Below are positions 26,411 to 29,278 of a DNA stretch of 29,278 nucleotides, one piece after another. The notes under the pieces are model-generated. The model saw nothing but the letters and a program-made list of their open reading frames with translations, did no database searches and was not told the DNA's origin. Numbering within the stretch: position 1 is the stretch's first letter; every line of letters starts with the position of its first letter. Origin of the DNA: Bacteriovoracaceae bacterium (lineage in GTDB: Bacteria; Bdellovibrionota; Bacteriovoracia; Bacteriovoracales; Bacteriovoracaceae); NCBI GenBank assembly GCA_041586955.1, contig JBFGZE010000035.1, positions 1-29,278 on the forward strand, in the 5' to 3' direction. The translations under genes were made by a program, and so were the position numbers.

Positions 26411-29278
26411 TTAATCCTGAATCCTCACCATACATCTTGGAACTTCTGGACGGCCAGAACTAGAGTTAGAAAATTCAACCGTGTACCGTCCACTTCGATT
26501 AACCTCAACACTACCTCCCGATATAATATGGAAAGGAAGTGACCGACTCACCATCCATCGTTTTTCATAACTGACTCGAGCGGGGGCCATCCCCTGAGAA
26601 AAGACTTCAGTTATGGGAGCACCGGCACCATCAATCCCTGTAACGACGGTTCTGGTGGCATAATTAATGCTTCCTGTATTCGACGCCCCCGTGGCCACTG
26701 AACTAGAACCTGTAGAATATACCTCTGAATTGCCTATGGGAAAATCAAACTGCAGGGTATCAGGATCATAAGCACCACCGCCTCCATTTTGCGCAACTAA
26801 TTGTGTGGTCGTGATAATTTTATTATCTGAGCCAAATGGGCCACATGCAGAAAGGTCCGTGCAAGTTAAAGGAAGTCCAAGAACCGGACTGAAGTATTTG
26901 CCATAATTAGCAGCAAAGTTACTCTCAATTCGAAGAGCATTATCTTCCTTAAGCGGCGGGGCCATCGCGCTTTGCCCAAAGTCTAAAAATGAGCCATCGC
27001 CATTTCGCCAATCCTCGACAAAGTTGGGATCAGTGCTATTTAACTCTTCCAAAATGCTCAGATCATATGAATCAGTAAAAATATTATAAATTTCTTGAAT
27101 CGTATTTCCACCAATAATATATGGCCCGTTATCTATACCTTTTCTCACTGGAGAGCAAGCACCTGAATCAGGTTGAGATTCTACGTAAAAAAGAGAATCC
27201 ACGGAATCTTCAATACTATCATTATTAAAGATTTCGAAGTTATCACCTGTGGAAGATCCAAATTTAAATTTATCAAGAGTAAAATCACAATAGATCTGAT
27301 CACTATTAACTTCAGCACCATTACCAACCATATCTTGAATTCCCCATCGACTGACGCATCTTTCGGTATTATCCAACGTGCTATCTAGTGCCGATGAACC
27401 TGTAACCACCAATCCTTTTGCTCCAGAAGACTTAACCGAGTTCGCACCCCATAAACTACCGGGGGTTAATGGTGAACCGGGAGTTCCAATTCCTCTCCCT
27501 GTAGTATTACAACTTCTTGCCTCTGCTCCAATATTTCCCGATTCTAAATTCGATATTTTTGTCCCATTAAAATCTGAATTCCATGAGCTAGCGACGAGGA
27601 ATTCTGATCTTCTTAACATTCTTTTATCTTTAGTCTCTCCCACTTTTGCAAAATTATTACCCGAATCACTGTAGCCGACTTCAACTGCATACAATCCACA
27701 TATTTTTTGTACGGCATCTCTTGGAACCTGGCTCAGGGGCGGAAGCTTGGCCATATTCGCAGAAATAATCTTTCCAATAGGTGTACTTGATTTATCAAAC
27801 CTATTTCTATTGGCCGTACCTAAAGGAGCATTAAAATCATCCCCACCATAAAAATCAGTATTCGCATGTACTTGATCCATCGTTTGATCTAATAAGCTCA
27901 GTCCATTATTGGTAATAGAATGCTTGTACTCACTACTTTCTAAGAAATTGGCAGGTATCCATCTTGGAAAATACTTACCTCCGCTATCAACGTGCTGGAA
28001 ATTAATAAAGCAGCTCGAGACCTCAACTCTAGTACCATCGTCATTAAAAGCAGCTTCGCCACTGGAGTTTCCGGGATCCGGCGCTCTTAAAGTTCCCAAG
28101 GTTTGGTTACCAGAAGTACCAGAATCTCTAACATGGTAAACTCCTCCTAGTTCTGACTGCGCGGGGAAACTATAATTGGCGGTATTTTGATAAATTGAAT
28201 TAGAATCTGTATGGTCTAGAAGTATGCCTTCATGGAGAGACGGAGAGTCATCACATTGATCAAGAAGATCTTGGGGGTCACCCACTGTGAAATTCCCCTG
28301 TCCAATTCCTGGATATTTAAGAGAAAGGGCCTCTGTACTCCCGGCCCCAAGAGCGGTACAATCTGACCTAGCGACTTTGATCATATTAACCCCTGAACAA
28401 TCTCCTGGCCAAACGGTATTGGGATCAAGGGTGGGGTTACCGCCATTTGATATAGAACTCGGAGGATCTCCATCAAAAAAATCATCAGTGGAATTAGTAG
28501 CATTACAACCTACGAAATTACCACCAAGGTCATTCATACCATCAAAATCAGATACAGCATTTTGAGAACTTTTTGAAGGAGAGAGGTTAACACTTGTGTA
28601 GGTATCCGGACTACCTCTTGTCACTTGGCAACCTAGTTCAAACCGGTCAACAAGTAGGTGGTCTCGTTGATCATAAATAGATTGTCCCAAAGTCCAAACA
28701 GACCCTTTTTTAGAGGCTCCAACACCATTATAATCACATGAATAATTCCCGGATTGGGTTTTATCAATGGTTTTCCCAAGTGATAAACACATCATTCGAT
28801 TAGCAATATAGCGATGGACGAGGGCCATATTAGCGGGAGGAAGAATAACTTTTACAATATGATGACCATTATTTGTCGCATCGTTATTAGCAAGTTCTCT
28901 ACCATTAAAAACTGGAACAATCTTATAATAGTAAATTCGACCTCGATCAGTGCCCTCTCCTAAATGACCGTTTCTATCAAAACTTTCAACAGAATAATCA
29001 AAAAACTCCGCCACCTTAAAGTTAACAGAAGAAGCGTTTCCATGAACTCTTTCACTAACTGTTTTTGGATGAACTAAACCGCTATTTGCGGCAGTTTGAT
29101 AACTAGACACCGTTGAAGTGGTTAAATCCTTCCACGTTAATTGGTTATCATCTGATCGATAAACCTTATAACCATATAATCTATCATTTTTTTTCGCGCC
29201 AGGGTCTTCATAAAGAGTTATAAAGTCATCCAGCGTATTGCCAAAATCTGGAAAATTGACATCCTCCCAAACAAGACG
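26411..29278 (-). CDS. Very large surface protein, 5'-partial: FN3-like domain followed by an expanded FGE-sulfatase/C-type-lectin-fold domain
   Basis: The frame stays open upstream of 29110 to the window edge (RLVWEDVNFPDF...LYGYKVYRSDDNQLTWKDL). L.W...GYKVYRS...YYYKIVPV is FN3-like; VDRFE, KRMLRRSEF, CVSRWGIQDMVGNGAE, GGS...RC are FGE-type motifs. Confidence 0.8.
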   Translation of the reverse strand, partial: RLVWEDVNFPDFGNTLDDFITLYEDPGAKKNDRLYGYKVYRSDDNQLTWKDLTTSTVSSYQTAANSGLVHPKTVSERVHGNASSVNFKVAEFFDYSVESFDRNGHLGEGTDRGRIYYYKIVPVFNGRELANNDATNNGHHIVKVILPPANMALVHRYIANRMMCLSLGKTIDKTQSGNYSCDYNGVGASKKGSVWTLGQSIYDQRDHLLVDRFELGCQVTRGSPDTYTSVNLSPSKSSQNAVSDFDGMNDLGGNFVGCNATNSTDDFFDGDPPSSISNGGNPTLDPNTVWPGDCSGVNMIKVARSDCTALGAGSTEALSLKYPGIGQGNFTVGDPQDLLDQCDDSPSLHEGILLDHTDSNSIYQNTANYSFPAQSELGGVYHVRDSGTSGNQTLGTLRAPDPGNSSGEAAFNDDGTRVEVSSCFINFQHVDSGGKYFPRWIPANFLESSEYKHSITNNGLSLLDQTMDQVHANTDFYGGDDFNAPLGTANRNRFDKSSTPIGKIISANMAKLPPLSQVPRDAVQKICGLYAVEVGYSDSGNNFAKVGETKDKRMLRRSEFLVASSWNSDFNGTKISNLESGNIGAEARSCNTTGRGIGTPGSPLTPGSLWGANSVKSSGAKGLVVTGSSALDSTLDNTERCVSRWGIQDMVGNGAEVNSDQIYCDFTLDKFKFGSSTGDNFEIFNNDSIEDSVDSLFYVESQPDSGACSPVRKGIDNGPYIIGGNTIQEIYNIFTDSYDLSILEELNSTDPNFVEDWRNGDGSFLDFGQSAMAPPLKEDNALRIESNFAANYGKYFSPVLGLPLTCTDLSACGPFGSDNKIITTTQLVAQNGGGGAYDPDTLQFDFPIGNSEVYSTGSSSVATGASNTGSINYATRTVVTGIDGAGAPITEVFSQGMAPARVSYEKRWMVSRSLPFHIISGGSVEVNRSGRYTVEFSNSSSGRPEVPRCMVRIQD

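Noticed and set aside
26411..29110. GTG start at 29110 given by the ORF track
   Set aside because: The frame is open and protein-like up to the window edge, so the true start lies outside the window.
1..29278. CRISPR array, tRNA/rRNA, IS, prophage or known defence system
   Set aside because: No regularly spaced direct repeats, cloverleaf or rRNA-like sequence, or mobility genes were seen; SbcCD has ordinary housekeeping context and the TerB-like gene is a singleton.

Overview
AT-rich bacterial chromosomal window. Gene content (Flp-type pilin, GYF-domain membrane protein, several orphan beta-barrel and secreted proteins, divergent WaaA/HolB) suggests a Bdellovibrionota/Bacteriovoracia-like predator; this is inference, not a database result. 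The core is a housekeeping block: tmk-holB-ricT(PSP1)-sbcD-sbcC on +, converging on asnS and a PfkB/adenosine kinase on -. To its left are envelope genes (waaA, an oxidoreductase-like gene, a pilin, OMPs). To its right is an accessory stretch: H1-like protein, lipoprotein pseudokinase, methyltransferase, TerB-like protein, OMP, MBL hydrolase, and the 3' part of a very large FN3 + FGE/C-type-lectin-fold protein that runs off the window edge. The clearest anomaly is a single in-frame TAG (11051-11053) in the conserved core of an otherwise intact ricT/PSP1 gene, which the ORF track splits into two ORFs. Also notable: strong window-wide over-representation of GGCC, a catalytically dead exported kinase fold, and a 23-bp intergenic inverted repeat. 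I found no rRNA, tRNA, CRISPR array, integrase, transposase or reverse transcriptase, and no complete novel multi-gene system that the sequence alone can demonstrate.
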